NCBI GenBank assembly: GCA_963792585.1
Contig: CAWBWI010000003.1
Location: forward strand, 480,001 to 544,000
Direction of reading: 5' to 3'
From: Candidatus Eiseniibacteriota bacterium
GTDB taxonomy: Bacteria > Eisenbacteria > RBG-16-71-46 > CAIMUX01 > VGJL01
Length of the DNA: 64,000 nucleotides
Positions 42,610 to 52,898 of this stretch are shown here, piece after piece. Within the stretch, counting starts at the first letter, position 1. Every line of letters begins with the position of its first letter. A model generated the notes under the pieces. That model did not search any database. It was given only the letters and a program-made list of their open reading frames with translations, and had not been told where the DNA came from. The position numbers were made by a program, and so were the translations under genes.

Positions 42610-43188
42610 GTGCGCAGCACCATTCGCACCTCGATCCTGATGCTTGCGGTGATGACCGTGATCACAGGTCTCGTCTACCCACTCGGGGTCACGCTCTGTT
42701 CCCGCGTCCTCTTACGTGACAAGGCGGAGGGGAGCATCACCCGCGTGAGCGGGCGCGCCGTCGGCTCTTCGTTGATCGGACAGGCCTTCACGAGTCCCCG
42801 CTACTTCTTGGGACGACCTTCCGCGACCTCGCCGCCGTACAACGCCGCCGCTTCGACAGGCTCGAACCTCGGGCCGTCGAACCCGGCGCTGGGCGATTCG
42901 ATCCGTGCGCGGATCGAGCGGCTCCGTCGACTCGATCCAGAGAACGCCCGGCCCGTCCCCGTCGATCTGGTGACCTCATCGGGAAGCGGGCTCGACCCGC
43001 ACATCAGCCCCGCCGCGGCTCTCTACCAGGTTCCGCGGGTCGCGCGCCTCCGCGGTCTCGATGAGGAAATCGTGCGAAGCCTCGTGCAACGCTTCCTGGA
43101 GCCCCGTACGTTAGGACTCCTCGGGGAGCCACGGGTGAATGTCCTGAAACTGAATCTCGCTCTCGACGGGTTAGGGGAATCCCGCTAG
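42610..43188 (+). CDS. kdpC: K+-transporting ATPase subunit C
   Basis: GSSLIGQ.F...YF.GRPS, SGSGLDPHIS, VNVLKLN. Confidence 0.97.
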   Translation: MRSTIRTSILMLAVMTVITGLVYPLGVTLCSRVLLRDKAEGSITRVSGRAVGSSLIGQAFTSPRYFLGRPSATSPPYNAAASTGSNLGPSNPALGDSIRARIERLRRLDPENARPVPVDLVTSSGSGLDPHISPAAALYQVPRVARLRGLDEEIVRSLVQRFLEPRTLGLLGEPRVNVLKLNLALDGLGESR

Positions 43189-43228
43189 GCTCCTCCCGAT
43201 TCGATGGAAAGCGGAGTCTGAAGGGAAG

Positions 43229-45925
43229 ATGAACGAAGAGCGACCCGATCCCGAACGCCTCCTGGCGCGCGTCCAGAAAGAGGAATCCCCGCGTACCCGA
43301 GGACGGCTGCGGGTGTTCCTCGGGGCCTCCGCCGGGGTCGGGAAGACCTATGCGATGCTCGAGCAGGCGCGGCTGCGCCAGGGGCAGGGCGTCGAGGTGG
43401 TTGTCGGTTGGGTGGAGACGCATGGGCGTCCCGAGACCGAGGCGCTCCTCGAAGGACTCGAGATCCTGCCTGCCAAGTCGTACGAATACCGCGGGACGTC
43501 CCTGAGGGAGTTCGACCTCGACGGCGCTCTCGCACGCAAACCCCGGATTCTGCTCCTCGATGAACTGGCGCACAGCAACGCGCCGGGCGCGCGCCATGCG
43601 AAGCGCTGGCAGGACGCGGAGGAGTTGCTCGGCGCGGGAATCGACATCTACACGACGGTGAACATCCAGCATCTGGAGAATCTGAACGACATCGTGACCC
43701 AGACGACCGGCGTGGTCGTGCGGGAGACCGTCCCTGATCGCATCCTGGATGAGGCGGAGGAGATCGAGCTCGTCGACATCACGCCCGAGGACCTCCTGGA
43801 GCGGCTCAAGGAGGGGAAGGTCTACGTCCCGACGCAGGCGGAGCGGGCGATGCGCGGCTTCTTCACGCGCGGAAACCTGATCGCCCTGCGGGAGCTCGCC
43901 CTGCGAAAGGCCGCGGAACGCGTCGATGCCGAGCTTCGGACGTACAAGGACGATCAGGAGATCGGCCAGGTCTGGCCGGTCTCAGAACGCCTGCTCGTTT
44001 GCGTCAGCGCGAGCCCTTCCGCGGCACGGGTCGTTCGCTCCGCGGCGCGCATGGCCGCGGGCCTGCGCGCGGAGTGGATCGTCGCATACGTGGAGCGGCC
44101 CGCAGACCCACGGGAATCGAATGAAGACCGGCAGAGGATCTCGCAGACCTTCCGATTGGCCGAGGAGCTCGGCGCGGAAACGGTTACGCTCGCGGGGCTC
44201 GACGTCAGCGCGGAACTGCTCGCCTACGCTCGAACGAGAAACGTGACCAAGATCGTCGTCGGCAAGCCGACCCGGCCCTGGTGGCGCTACAGGTTGTTCG
44301 GTTCGGCAGTCGACGAACTCATCCGGGGAAGCGACGACATCGATGTCTACGTGATCCGCGGGGAGAAGGACGAAACCCGCTCCCCGTTCGTTCCCCGTCT
44401 GCGCCGGCGTAGCCCGCTCCGATCCTACCTCTGGGGAATCCTGGCGGTTGTGGCTGCCACCGGCATCTGCCGCCTCATGTTCCACCACTTCGCGCCTGCG
44501 AACCTCATCATGGTCTATCTCCTCGAAGTCGTCTTCGTGGCGGCGGTGTTGGGGCGCGGACCCTCCCTGCTCGCATCGCTCCTCAGCGTGGCGGCGTTCG
44601 ACTTCTTCTTCGTGCCGCCCCACCTGACATTCGCCGTCAGCGACGGGCAGTACGTCGTGACCTTCGGGATCATGCTGATCGTCACCCTTTTGATCAGCAC
44701 GCTGGCCGTGCGACTCCGGGAGCAGTCGCAGACGCATCGGAGCCGCCAGGAACGGACGGCGGCGCTGTACAAGATGAGCCGCGAATTCGCGCAGACGAGC
44801 ACGATCCAGGAGGCGGTCGCCAGTGTCGAACGCCACTGGGGAGAGGTCTTCGAAGGCGAAGTCTGGGTGCTGCTTCCGGATTCGGAGGGACACCTCGCGC
44901 AGGCGGGAGGGATCACCTCGTCCTTCCCTCTCGATCCGAAGGAGCGGGCGGTCGCCGAGTGGGTCCATGAGCACGGGCAGATGGCCGGACTCGGAACGAC
45001 GACATTGTCGGGCGCCAAGGTACTCAGCGTTCCTCTGAAGACGGCGCGTGGAGGCGTCGGCGTGGTCTGTCTCTTTCCCGAGGGGGGCAGGCGTTCACTC
45101 ACGCCTGAGAAGCTCGACCTGCTCGAGACGTTCGCGAGCCAGACGGCGATTGTGATCGAACGCGCGACCCTAGCGCGGGAGGCGCACGAGGCGAAGATCC
45201 GCGTCGAGGCCGAGCGGTTGCGCAATTTGTTGCTGAGCTCCGTATCGCACGATCTGCGAACGCCGCTGGCCACGATCACGGGAGCGGCGAGCAGTCTCCT
45301 GGAATCCGAAGGACTGCTCCGGACTGAGACTCGCGGCGAGCTGATCCAGTCGATTCTGGACGAGGCGGAGCGGCTCAACCGTCTGCTCGGCAATCTGCTC
45401 AGCATGACGCGCATCGAGTCCGGGGGTGTTCACGTCCAGAAGGAATGGCAGCCGCTCGAGGAGGTCGTGGGGGCGGCCCTGAATCACGTCGAGAAGCTCC
45501 TTCGTGGGCGGCGCGCCCTCACTCGTGTTCCCGACGATCTGCCCCTTGTTCAGATCGACGGCGCGCTGATCGAACAGGTCCTGGTCAATCTCCTCGAGAA
45601 CGCAATCAAGTACACCCCGGAGGGAACACCGATCGAACTCGTCGCCCGGCTCGAAAGTGGACAGGTCATCGTGGAGGTGGCGGATCGGGGACCGGGGTTG
45701 CCCGAGGCGGACGCGGATCGGGTCTTCGAGAAGTTCTACCGGGGTTCCCACTCCGGTGATCGAGGAGGCGTCGGATTGGGACTTTCCATCTGCCGTGGCA
45801 TCGTCGAGGCCCATGGGGGGAAGATCTGGGCGGGAAACCGAGAAGGCGGCGGGGCGGCGTTCTGCTTCACGATTCCGGCGGGTGGTTCGCCGCCGAGCCT
45901 GGATGCAATGGACACGGAGCGATGA
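43229..45925 (+). CDS. kdpD: Sensor histidine kinase KdpD
   Basis: GVGKTYAML, DELAHSN, Usp domain, 4 TM, GAF, SHDLRTPL, GLGLSIC. Confidence 0.97.
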   Translation: MNEERPDPERLLARVQKEESPRTRGRLRVFLGASAGVGKTYAMLEQARLRQGQGVEVVVGWVETHGRPETEALLEGLEILPAKSYEYRGTSLREFDLDGALARKPRILLLDELAHSNAPGARHAKRWQDAEELLGAGIDIYTTVNIQHLENLNDIVTQTTGVVVRETVPDRILDEAEEIELVDITPEDLLERLKEGKVYVPTQAERAMRGFFTRGNLIALRELALRKAAERVDAELRTYKDDQEIGQVWPVSERLLVCVSASPSAARVVRSAARMAAGLRAEWIVAYVERPADPRESNEDRQRISQTFRLAEELGAETVTLAGLDVSAELLAYARTRNVTKIVVGKPTRPWWRYRLFGSAVDELIRGSDDIDVYVIRGEKDETRSPFVPRLRRRSPLRSYLWGILAVVAATGICRLMFHHFAPANLIMVYLLEVVFVAAVLGRGPSLLASLLSVAAFDFFFVPPHLTFAVSDGQYVVTFGIMLIVTLLISTLAVRLREQSQTHRSRQERTAALYKMSREFAQTSTIQEAVASVERHWGEVFEGEVWVLLPDSEGHLAQAGGITSSFPLDPKERAVAEWVHEHGQMAGLGTTTLSGAKVLSVPLKTARGGVGVVCLFPEGGRRSLTPEKLDLLETFASQTAIVIERATLAREAHEAKIRVEAERLRNLLLSSVSHDLRTPLATITGAASSLLESEGLLRTETRGELIQSILDEAERLNRLLGNLLSMTRIESGGVHVQKEWQPLEEVVGAALNHVEKLLRGRRALTRVPDDLPLVQIDGALIEQVLVNLLENAIKYTPEGTPIELVARLESGQVIVEVADRGPGLPEADADRVFEKFYRGSHSGDRGGVGLGLSICRGIVEAHGGKIWAGNREGGGAAFCFTIPAGGSPPSLDAMDTER

Positions 45926-45955
45926 GGCGCGACGGATGATGATGAGGGTGACGCG

Positions 45956-46660
45956 ATGAGCGAATCCGGAAAGATCGCGATTCTCATCATCGAGGACGAC
46001 GCGCAGATCCGTCGATTCCTCCGCGCAAGCCTCGCGAGCCAGGGATACCGGCTCATCGAAGCGGTCACGGGCGAGGAAGGCATCCGCCTGGCAGCGTCGC
46101 ATCGACCAGACCTCATCATCCTCGATCTCGGTCTTCCCGACGTGGACGGATTACGCGTCGCGCGGGCCGTCCGAAAATTCGCAACGACCCCGATCGTCAT
46201 CCTCTCCGCGCGAGGCCAGGAACGCGACAAGATCGACGCGCTCGACGCCGGGGCCGATGACTACGTGACGAAACCGTTTGGGGTAGGCGAGTTGCTCGCG
46301 CGGATGCGGGTCGCGTTGCGCCACGCCGCGCGGGAGGGGCAGGAGACGGAGGGCGAGCCTCTGTTCGAGGTCGCCGATCTTCATGTCGATCTCGTCCGCA
46401 GACACGTCCGCGTGGCGGGCGAGGAGATCCACCTCACGCCGATCGAGTACAAGATCCTGGCGGCGCTGGTTCGACATGCGGGCCGTGTCGTCACGCATCG
46501 ACAACTTCTGCAGGAGGTTTGGGGTCCCTCATTCCACGAGCAGACCCACTACCTACGGGTCTACATGCAGCAGCTTCGCAAGAAGCTGGAACGGACCCCG
46601 GCGCACCCCCGTTATCTGAGAACCGAGCCGGGCGTCGGCTACCGGCTCGTCGACGAGTAG
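45956..46660 (+). CDS. kdpE: Response regulator KdpE (OmpR family)
   Basis: LDLGLPD.DG, GADDYVTKPF, HYLRVYM..LR.KLE..P..PRYL.TEPGVGY. Confidence 0.97.
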   Translation: MSESGKIAILIIEDDAQIRRFLRASLASQGYRLIEAVTGEEGIRLAASHRPDLIILDLGLPDVDGLRVARAVRKFATTPIVILSARGQERDKIDALDAGADDYVTKPFGVGELLARMRVALRHAAREGQETEGEPLFEVADLHVDLVRRHVRVAGEEIHLTPIEYKILAALVRHAGRVVTHRQLLQEVWGPSFHEQTHYLRVYMQQLRKKLERTPAHPRYLRTEPGVGYRLVDE

Positions 46661-46764
46661 GGGCCGGGGGCACGGCCCCCTTCGAAGACCTCATCCTCGA
46701 AGACCACGCTTGCGGACTCGATCGATTCCTAGTAGTTTCAACTCTAACGATTGGAGATGAAACT

Positions 46765-47235
46765 ATGCCCACCCACTACCAGGGGAACCCGAGAGAGGTG
46801 CTCGCGCTCGACAGCTTCATCAAGCTCTCGCGCGCGACCGACTCTCTGGCCAGCCGACTGCACCAGGACCTCACCACCCACAAGATCACTCCGGGACAGT
46901 TCGGGGTGCTCGAGGCGCTCCTCCACCTCGGCCCGATGAACCAGACCGAGATCGGCCGCAAATTGCTCCGCAGCAATCCGAACATCACGACCGTCATCGA
47001 CAATCTCGAGAAGGGCGGGCTGGTGCGGCGCGAGCGGCGGACCGACGACCGGCGGGCGATCGAGGTGTCGCTGACCTCGAAGGGGCGTAGAAAAATCGAG
47101 AATGTCTTCCCGGAGCACGCGCGTCGGATCACCGAACTGCTCTCCCCGTTGACCGTTCAGGAGCAGCAAGAACTCGGGCGCTTGACGAAGAAGCTGGGCA
47201 TGGCCATCGCAGCGGAGAAAGAGGTACCGAAATGA
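46765..47235 (+). CDS. MarR-family regulator
   Basis: QFGVLEALLHLGP, NITTVIDNLEK.GLV.R, DRR...V.LT..G; GGAGA RBS. Confidence 0.92.
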   Translation: MPTHYQGNPREVLALDSFIKLSRATDSLASRLHQDLTTHKITPGQFGVLEALLHLGPMNQTEIGRKLLRSNPNITTVIDNLEKGGLVRRERRTDDRRAIEVSLTSKGRRKIENVFPEHARRITELLSPLTVQEQQELGRLTKKLGMAIAAEKEVPK

Positions 47236-48128
47236 TCGCGGGCGCGAAGAGAATCCGGGGCCTCCAGCGCGTCGTCGACAGCGTGCGCACCATCGAGGGC
47301 GGAGGCTTCGCCGTCCGCAGGCCGTTCCCCACGGCGGCGCTGCCGGACATGGATCCCTTTCTCCTCCTCGACCACCTGGGTCCCACCGACTACGGCCCCG
47401 GTGAGGCAATCGGGGCCCCCGACCATCCGCATCGAGGATTCGAGACCGTCACCTATGTCCTCGAGGGAAAGCTGGAACACCAGGATTCGATGGGGAACCA
47501 TGGCATCCTGGGTCCGGGAGATGTGCAGTGGATGACGGCGGGATCGGGAGTCGTGCACTCGGAGATGCCGGAGGCCGGCTTTCTGCGAAGCGGGGGGCGC
47601 ATGCACGGATTCCAGCTCTGGGTGAATCTGCCCCGAAAGGACAAGATGATCCGGCCGCGATACCAGGACATCCCATCGGCGCGGATTCCCATGCCCCGAT
47701 CGGAAGACGGCAAGGTCACCGTCAAGGTGATCGCAGGCGAAGCGCTCGGGGCGAGCGCGGTGATCGAGACGCGGATCCCGATCACGTTTCTGCACCTGGT
47801 CCTTCAATCGGGCGGCACGGTCGAGATTCCGATCGCGACCGGGCAGACCGCGTTCGCCTACGTCGTCGAGGGGACGGGGAGCTCCGGCTTGGTCGATCGG
47901 ACGGTCCGCGAAGGGCAACTCGTTCAGTTCGCGGATGACGGGGACGCGGTCGTTTTCCGGGGCCCGCTCGGGAACGAATCGCCCGCGAGCATCCTTCTGC
48001 TTGCCGGCTCGCCCCTCCATGAACCGGTCGCCCGTTACGGCCCGTTCGTGATGAACACGCCTCAAGAGATCAACCAGGCAATCGCCGACTATCAGAACGG
48101 CACGATGGGTCGGATCGAGAGTCCATGA
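47232..48128 (+). CDS. Pirin-family protein
   Basis: DPFLLLDH, HPHRGFETVTY, QWMTAGSGVVHSE, QLWVNLP, YGPFVMN. Confidence 0.96.
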   Translation: MIAGAKRIRGLQRVVDSVRTIEGGGFAVRRPFPTAALPDMDPFLLLDHLGPTDYGPGEAIGAPDHPHRGFETVTYVLEGKLEHQDSMGNHGILGPGDVQWMTAGSGVVHSEMPEAGFLRSGGRMHGFQLWVNLPRKDKMIRPRYQDIPSARIPMPRSEDGKVTVKVIAGEALGASAVIETRIPITFLHLVLQSGGTVEIPIATGQTAFAYVVEGTGSSGLVDRTVREGQLVQFADDGDAVVFRGPLGNESPASILLLAGSPLHEPVARYGPFVMNTPQEINQAIADYQNGTMGRIESP

Positions 48129-48395
48129 TTCGCGCGATCCGATCTCGACAACGCGGTCCAGGCTTGGAGCCACCGCGCTGCCCGGCACCCTCGACGCCGC
48201 CGGCGTGGTGAAACTCTTCGCACATGCACGCCTGCGCCCGTCCCCTGGAGCGCATCAGCAGATCTGAATCGATCGGGCCGCTCGCATACAAAAACCGCAT
48301 GGGCTATGCCGAGGGCGACACGCCGACATAGAATCGACGCGCGAGGGGCAGGGTATCAGGGGCGATCGTCTCGACCTCGAATCCCGGAGGCTTGC

Positions 48396-50123
48396 TTGAA
48401 CTCTCATCGCGCGCTCGCGCTGCTCGTCTGCTCGATTCTCCTTCTCTCTCAATCACCCGGCGCGTCCGGCGTCGCCACGAGCGCGCAAGAGCGCGCGAAC
48501 TTCGCGCGCAGGGCCGTCCAACGCGATCACTTCCTCGAACGGGGATACGCACTGGGATTGGAGCGGGCGCGCGCGAAGCGTGCCGAGCTCGACGCCCGCT
48601 TCGGGCGGGCGCTCGCGATCCCGCCGGATGCGGAGGCCGATCCGTCGCTCGGCTCGGCAAAGGGTCGTTCAGGTGCGCTCGGGAAGACACGCGACAGCGA
48701 CTGGACGGCGTATGGCGGACCGTTCGGGATGCCGGAGGCGGCGCATTTGCTCCGACGGGGGATGATCGGTCCCCGCGTCGACGAGATGCAGGCTGCCGCC
48801 GCGAGCGGCCCGAACGCCGCGGTCTCCGGCCTCCTGGCCCCGCGCGCCCTACCGCCGCCCCCGGGGGATTGGGCGCTCGAGCCGCTGCCGGACATGAGCG
48901 GGTGGACGCAGCAGATGGTCGACTCCCTGGTGACCCTCTACTTCACCCGGGACGAGCTGCTGAAGCTTTGGTGGGCGCAGGCGATCCTGGCGGAGGATCC
49001 CGGCATCTCCGAAGCGATGACGCTCTTCTGGCACGATCACTTCGCGACGTCCTATGAGAAGGTTCTCTTCCCGCAGTCCATGTACAAGCAGAACCAGCTG
49101 TTCCGCCAGTACGCGGTCGGCAACTTCAAGACGCTGGTTCACCAGATCGCCCTCGACCCCGCGATGCTGATCTGGCTCGACGGCAATGATAATTACGTGA
49201 ATCACATCAACGAGAACTTCGCGCGCGAACTCCTCGAGCTCTTCACGATGGGACTCGATCACTACACCCAGGAGGATGTCGTCGCCGCGGCCCGCGCGTT
49301 CACCGGGACCTTCTCGTTCGACGGGGTCAACACCGTTCAGATCCCGGAATACCACGACGACGGGCTGAAGACATTCATGGGGCAGACCGGAAACTGGGAT
49401 GGAGACGACATCATCGAGATCATCTTCCAGCAGGACGAGACGGCCCGGTTCCTCTGCAGGAAGCTCTATCGCTGGTTCATCGACGAGTACCCGGACGAGG
49501 CGCGGGTCGAGGAGCTTGCCCAGACCCTTCGGGCTTTCAACTACCAGCTCGAACCCGTCCTCTCCCGGATGTTCAAGAGCGATCTCTTCTTCGACCCGAA
49601 CTACCGGGGAGCGCTCTATTGCGATGGGATCGATCGAAGCATCGGCCTGTTGCGCGCCTTCTACATCGACACCGTCGACTACACGGATCCGACCGGACCT
49701 CAGGCTTACTGGACCTGGGACGCGATGATTCTCCAGCGTCATGTGCTCTTCCAGCCGCCGAACGTCGGCGGCTGGCTAGGATACCGGGCGTGGTTGAACT
49801 CCTACATCCTCCCGTGGAGACGAACCCTCGATGTGAGCCTGGTGGACGGGGATCTTTGGGGCTGGGATCTGATGATGAAGCTGGACGGCGTCGCCCTGGC
49901 GAACCGGTTGAGCGACCCGAACAACCCGGTAACCATGGTCAATGATCTCACCACGTGTTTCTACGGCGTGCCGCCGGGCCCGGCCGTTCGCCAGCGTCTC
50001 CTGGATGAACTCCTTCAAGGTATGGATCCAGGCGACTGGTCGATGAACAACCCGTTCGCCGAACAACACATCGAATCCCTGATGCGGCTCCTGATCCGGA
50101 TGCCGGACTTCCAGCTGAAGTAA
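48396..50123 (+). CDS. DUF1800-family protein
   Basis: HLLRR, MTLFWHDHFAT, DPAML.WLD, NENFARELLELFTMG, PPNVGGW, PDFQL end; TTG start after GGAGG. Confidence 0.9.
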   Translation: MNSHRALALLVCSILLLSQSPGASGVATSAQERANFARRAVQRDHFLERGYALGLERARAKRAELDARFGRALAIPPDAEADPSLGSAKGRSGALGKTRDSDWTAYGGPFGMPEAAHLLRRGMIGPRVDEMQAAAASGPNAAVSGLLAPRALPPPPGDWALEPLPDMSGWTQQMVDSLVTLYFTRDELLKLWWAQAILAEDPGISEAMTLFWHDHFATSYEKVLFPQSMYKQNQLFRQYAVGNFKTLVHQIALDPAMLIWLDGNDNYVNHINENFARELLELFTMGLDHYTQEDVVAAARAFTGTFSFDGVNTVQIPEYHDDGLKTFMGQTGNWDGDDIIEIIFQQDETARFLCRKLYRWFIDEYPDEARVEELAQTLRAFNYQLEPVLSRMFKSDLFFDPNYRGALYCDGIDRSIGLLRAFYIDTVDYTDPTGPQAYWTWDAMILQRHVLFQPPNVGGWLGYRAWLNSYILPWRRTLDVSLVDGDLWGWDLMMKLDGVALANRLSDPNNPVTMVNDLTTCFYGVPPGPAVRQRLLDELLQGMDPGDWSMNNPFAEQHIESLMRLLIRMPDFQLK

Positions 50124-50129
50124 GGAGGG

Positions 50130-51707
50130 ATGCTGACCATGACGAAGATCAGTCGTAGGGACTTCGTGAGGCGGGCCCTCGAGATGTCCGCTGCCGGCCT
50201 TCTGGTCCCGCCGGCGCTCCGGACGATGGGCATCCTGGGCGGCGGGAAGGCTCTCGCCTCGTCCCTCACCGGCCGGGACGCGCCGCTGGGCGGGCGCATT
50301 CTGATTTGGGTCAACCTGAGCGGGGGAAACGACGGGCTCAATACGGTGATCCCGTACACCGATCCGCTCTACGCCCAGCTTCGCCCGAACATCGCCGTGC
50401 CCCCGAACCAGGTCATCCCGTTGGATGGGATCACCGGTCTTCACCCATCCATGGCGGCCTTCGGCGCGCTCTATCAGGCGGGGAGCCTCGCGGTTCTGCA
50501 GGGCGTGGGCTATTCGGAAATGAACCTCTCCCACTTCCGGGGGACCGACATCTGGTTCAGCGGCTCCTCGAGCGGCCAGATCCTCGAGACCGGTTGGCTC
50601 GCCCGCTTCATCGAGGCGGTCTTCCCCGACTTCCCAGATGTGATCCCGGCGTCGCCGTACGGTCTGCAGCAGTCGGACTCCCACCGGCTCCCGTTGCAGG
50701 GGAACCGCGCGCTCACGGGTGTCATCGTCGACGATCCGAGCACCTTCTCGTACCTTGTGAACGAGAACTACCCCGGTTCGTGGACGGATCCCGTTCCGCC
50801 CACGCACGGAGGCGATGAACTCACCTACCTCCGGGATCTGGATCGGCAGACGTTCGCCTACGCGGCGGCGATCCAGACCGCTTCCGACGTTGGGCACAAC
50901 AGCGTCACCTACCCCGACACGAATGTGGGGCGGCAGCTCGAGATCGTTGCCCGCTTGATCAGCGGAGGGCTCGAGACCCCCGTCTTCCTCGCGAGCGAGT
51001 ATGGCTTCGACACACATGCCGGCCAGGCATATGCGCACCCGGTGATCCTGGGAAGCGTCGCCGACTCCGTCGCCGCGCTCTGGGCCGATCTCGGGAATCA
51101 AGGAATCGCGGACAGGGTCATCATCATGACGACATCCGAATTCGGGCGGCGCGTGGAGGAGAACGGGAGCGAGGGAACGGATCACGGAACCGCGGCGCCC
51201 CACTTCGTAGTCGGCGCGGGCGTCAACGGCGGCGTCTACGGCTCCAATCCCGACCTGAGCGACCTGGACGAGAACGGGAACCTGCTCATCCAGAACGACT
51301 ATCGCAGCTACTTCGGGACCATCCTCGCGAGCCACTTCGGGGCGAGCGCGGCGGTTCTCGAAAGCGTCTTCGGCGGGAGCTTCCCGGACCTCGGGTTCCT
51401 GACCGCCCCGGCGAACTCCGACCACCAAGCAGGGCGGCCGGTCGATCTCCTCCGCGCGCCGAGCCCGAATCCTTTCAGGACGGGACAGCGCGTCGCCATC
51501 GATTTCGAACTCGCGCGGGCGGGTCATGCTGCGCTCGTCCTCTTCGACGCCCAGGGCCGACGGATCGCCACGCTGGTCAACGAGACGCGGGCGGCGGGCG
51601 CGCACCATATCGTGTGGAACGGGCAGGGGCTTCCCGCAGGGACGTACCTACTGCGATTGGAGACTCCGGCGCGCAAGCTGCACGCGAAGCTCGTCGCGCT
51701 GGACTAG
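50130..51707 (+). CDS. DUF1501-family protein with a Tat signal and a C-terminal T9SS-type domain
   Basis: SRRDFV twin-arginine; GGNDGLNT.IP, GLHP, SHFR, GFDTH, SEFGRR..ENGS.GTDHG; tail PSPNPF...LPAGTYLLRL. Confidence 0.9.
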   Translation: MLTMTKISRRDFVRRALEMSAAGLLVPPALRTMGILGGGKALASSLTGRDAPLGGRILIWVNLSGGNDGLNTVIPYTDPLYAQLRPNIAVPPNQVIPLDGITGLHPSMAAFGALYQAGSLAVLQGVGYSEMNLSHFRGTDIWFSGSSSGQILETGWLARFIEAVFPDFPDVIPASPYGLQQSDSHRLPLQGNRALTGVIVDDPSTFSYLVNENYPGSWTDPVPPTHGGDELTYLRDLDRQTFAYAAAIQTASDVGHNSVTYPDTNVGRQLEIVARLISGGLETPVFLASEYGFDTHAGQAYAHPVILGSVADSVAALWADLGNQGIADRVIIMTTSEFGRRVEENGSEGTDHGTAAPHFVVGAGVNGGVYGSNPDLSDLDENGNLLIQNDYRSYFGTILASHFGASAAVLESVFGGSFPDLGFLTAPANSDHQAGRPVDLLRAPSPNPFRTGQRVAIDFELARAGHAALVLFDAQGRRIATLVNETRAAGAHHIVWNGQGLPAGTYLLRLETPARKLHAKLVALD

Positions 51708-51743
51708 GCGTTCCGGCGTTCGCCCGGGGCCGGACGCGATGGA

Positions 51744-52628
51744 TCAGGGGAGGACGAGGATCTTGACGATCCTCGTTTCTCTATCTGCCGTGAGCGCGCA
51801 GAAGTAGAGTCCCGCCGGAACCGATCTCCCGTCGCGATCGCGTCCGTCCCAGATCCACTCCCGCTCTCCGGCGGGCGCGCCGTTGATGCCGAACGATCGG
51901 AGTTCCCTCCCGGTTGCGTCCACCAGTCGAAGGGAGATCGGCTCCGCTCCCGGGATTGTGAAGGTGATCCGCGTCCAATCGCGTACCGGGTTGGGGCCCA
52001 CCCAGAGACGGATTTCCTCCTGTGCGGCGAGCGGGGGATCCACGCCCCCCGGCACGTTCTCGGGCACGCTCAGGAAGATCGAATAGATGAAGTCGAACGT
52101 CGTCGAGTGGTTGTTGTTGGCGGCGTTTCCGGCGACATAGAACTCCACCGGACCCGTCCCCGCTGGGGGAGCGGTCCAGAGGATCGGCCACGACGCCGAG
52201 GTCGCGTTCGGAAAGGTCCCCTCCAGCGTTTGCTTGATATAGTCCAGTTCTTCGAAGGCGCCCGTGGAAACCTGCGTCGTAGCGTCCACCGACGCGAGCG
52301 TACCGCCCTGGAGCCCGTCGGAGGTGCGCAACGAGGTCAGCTCGAAGCCCCAGAGGCGCTGCCCCGGATCCACGAGGTAGACGGTCATCGGGTAGGTCTC
52401 GCCCGGCGTGTAGGACGCCGGATGGTTCTGGACCGCGAGGGAGCCGTTCCCGCTGTTCAGGGGGAAGCTCGAGTGACACGCGGCACAGGTGTTGAACTCG
52501 GGCGGCTCGCCGGCGTGACCGTCCGGGGGACCCCCGGAGTAGGCCCCTGCCGTCCCCGCGACGATACCCGCTACCCCGAACAGGAAGGCAGCCTGCGCGA
52601 GAAATCGATTCGGGTGCTGTCGGCGCAT
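51744..52628 (-). CDS. Secreted Reeler / choice-of-anchor-V-like protein with CxxCH and a FlgD-type CTD
   Basis: Signal peptide, GEPPEFNTCAACH, YTPGETY, WTAP..G.G.V.FY.AGNAAN, PNPV...WDGRD..G.SVPAGLY. Confidence 0.8.
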   Translation of the reverse strand: MRRQHPNRFLAQAAFLFGVAGIVAGTAGAYSGGPPDGHAGEPPEFNTCAACHSSFPLNSGNGSLAVQNHPASYTPGETYPMTVYLVDPGQRLWGFELTSLRTSDGLQGGTLASVDATTQVSTGAFEELDYIKQTLEGTFPNATSASWPILWTAPPAGTGPVEFYVAGNAANNNHSTTFDFIYSIFLSVPENVPGGVDPPLAAQEEIRLWVGPNPVRDWTRITFTIPGAEPISLRLVDATGRELRSFGINGAPAGEREWIWDGRDRDGRSVPAGLYFCALTADRETRIVKILVLP

Positions 52629-52898
52629 CGATCCTCCCGGAGGGTCCGGCCGGTGGTCCTGATTCGCTCGGCGCGAGGGCCACGTCGATATTGATTCAAG
52701 GGTACCCGTTCCTGCCGGGCGGACGAAGCGGATCCCGGCCCCGCGGGCCCCCAACGGGGCCCGCTCCCGGCCCGGACTCGGGGCGCCGCCGGGGCGGGAG
52801 GAACGGCCGGAGCCGCATCCGACCGGTGACAGGCCCCGCCGGGCGGGCTTATAGTGCGCGGTGGTTTCCGATCGAATTGACCAACGAAAGGGGGTCCC

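Noticed and set aside
46729..46755. MarR operator upstream of marR
   Set aside because: AT-rich and well placed, but the inverted repeat (tagtt...aacga) is too degenerate to call
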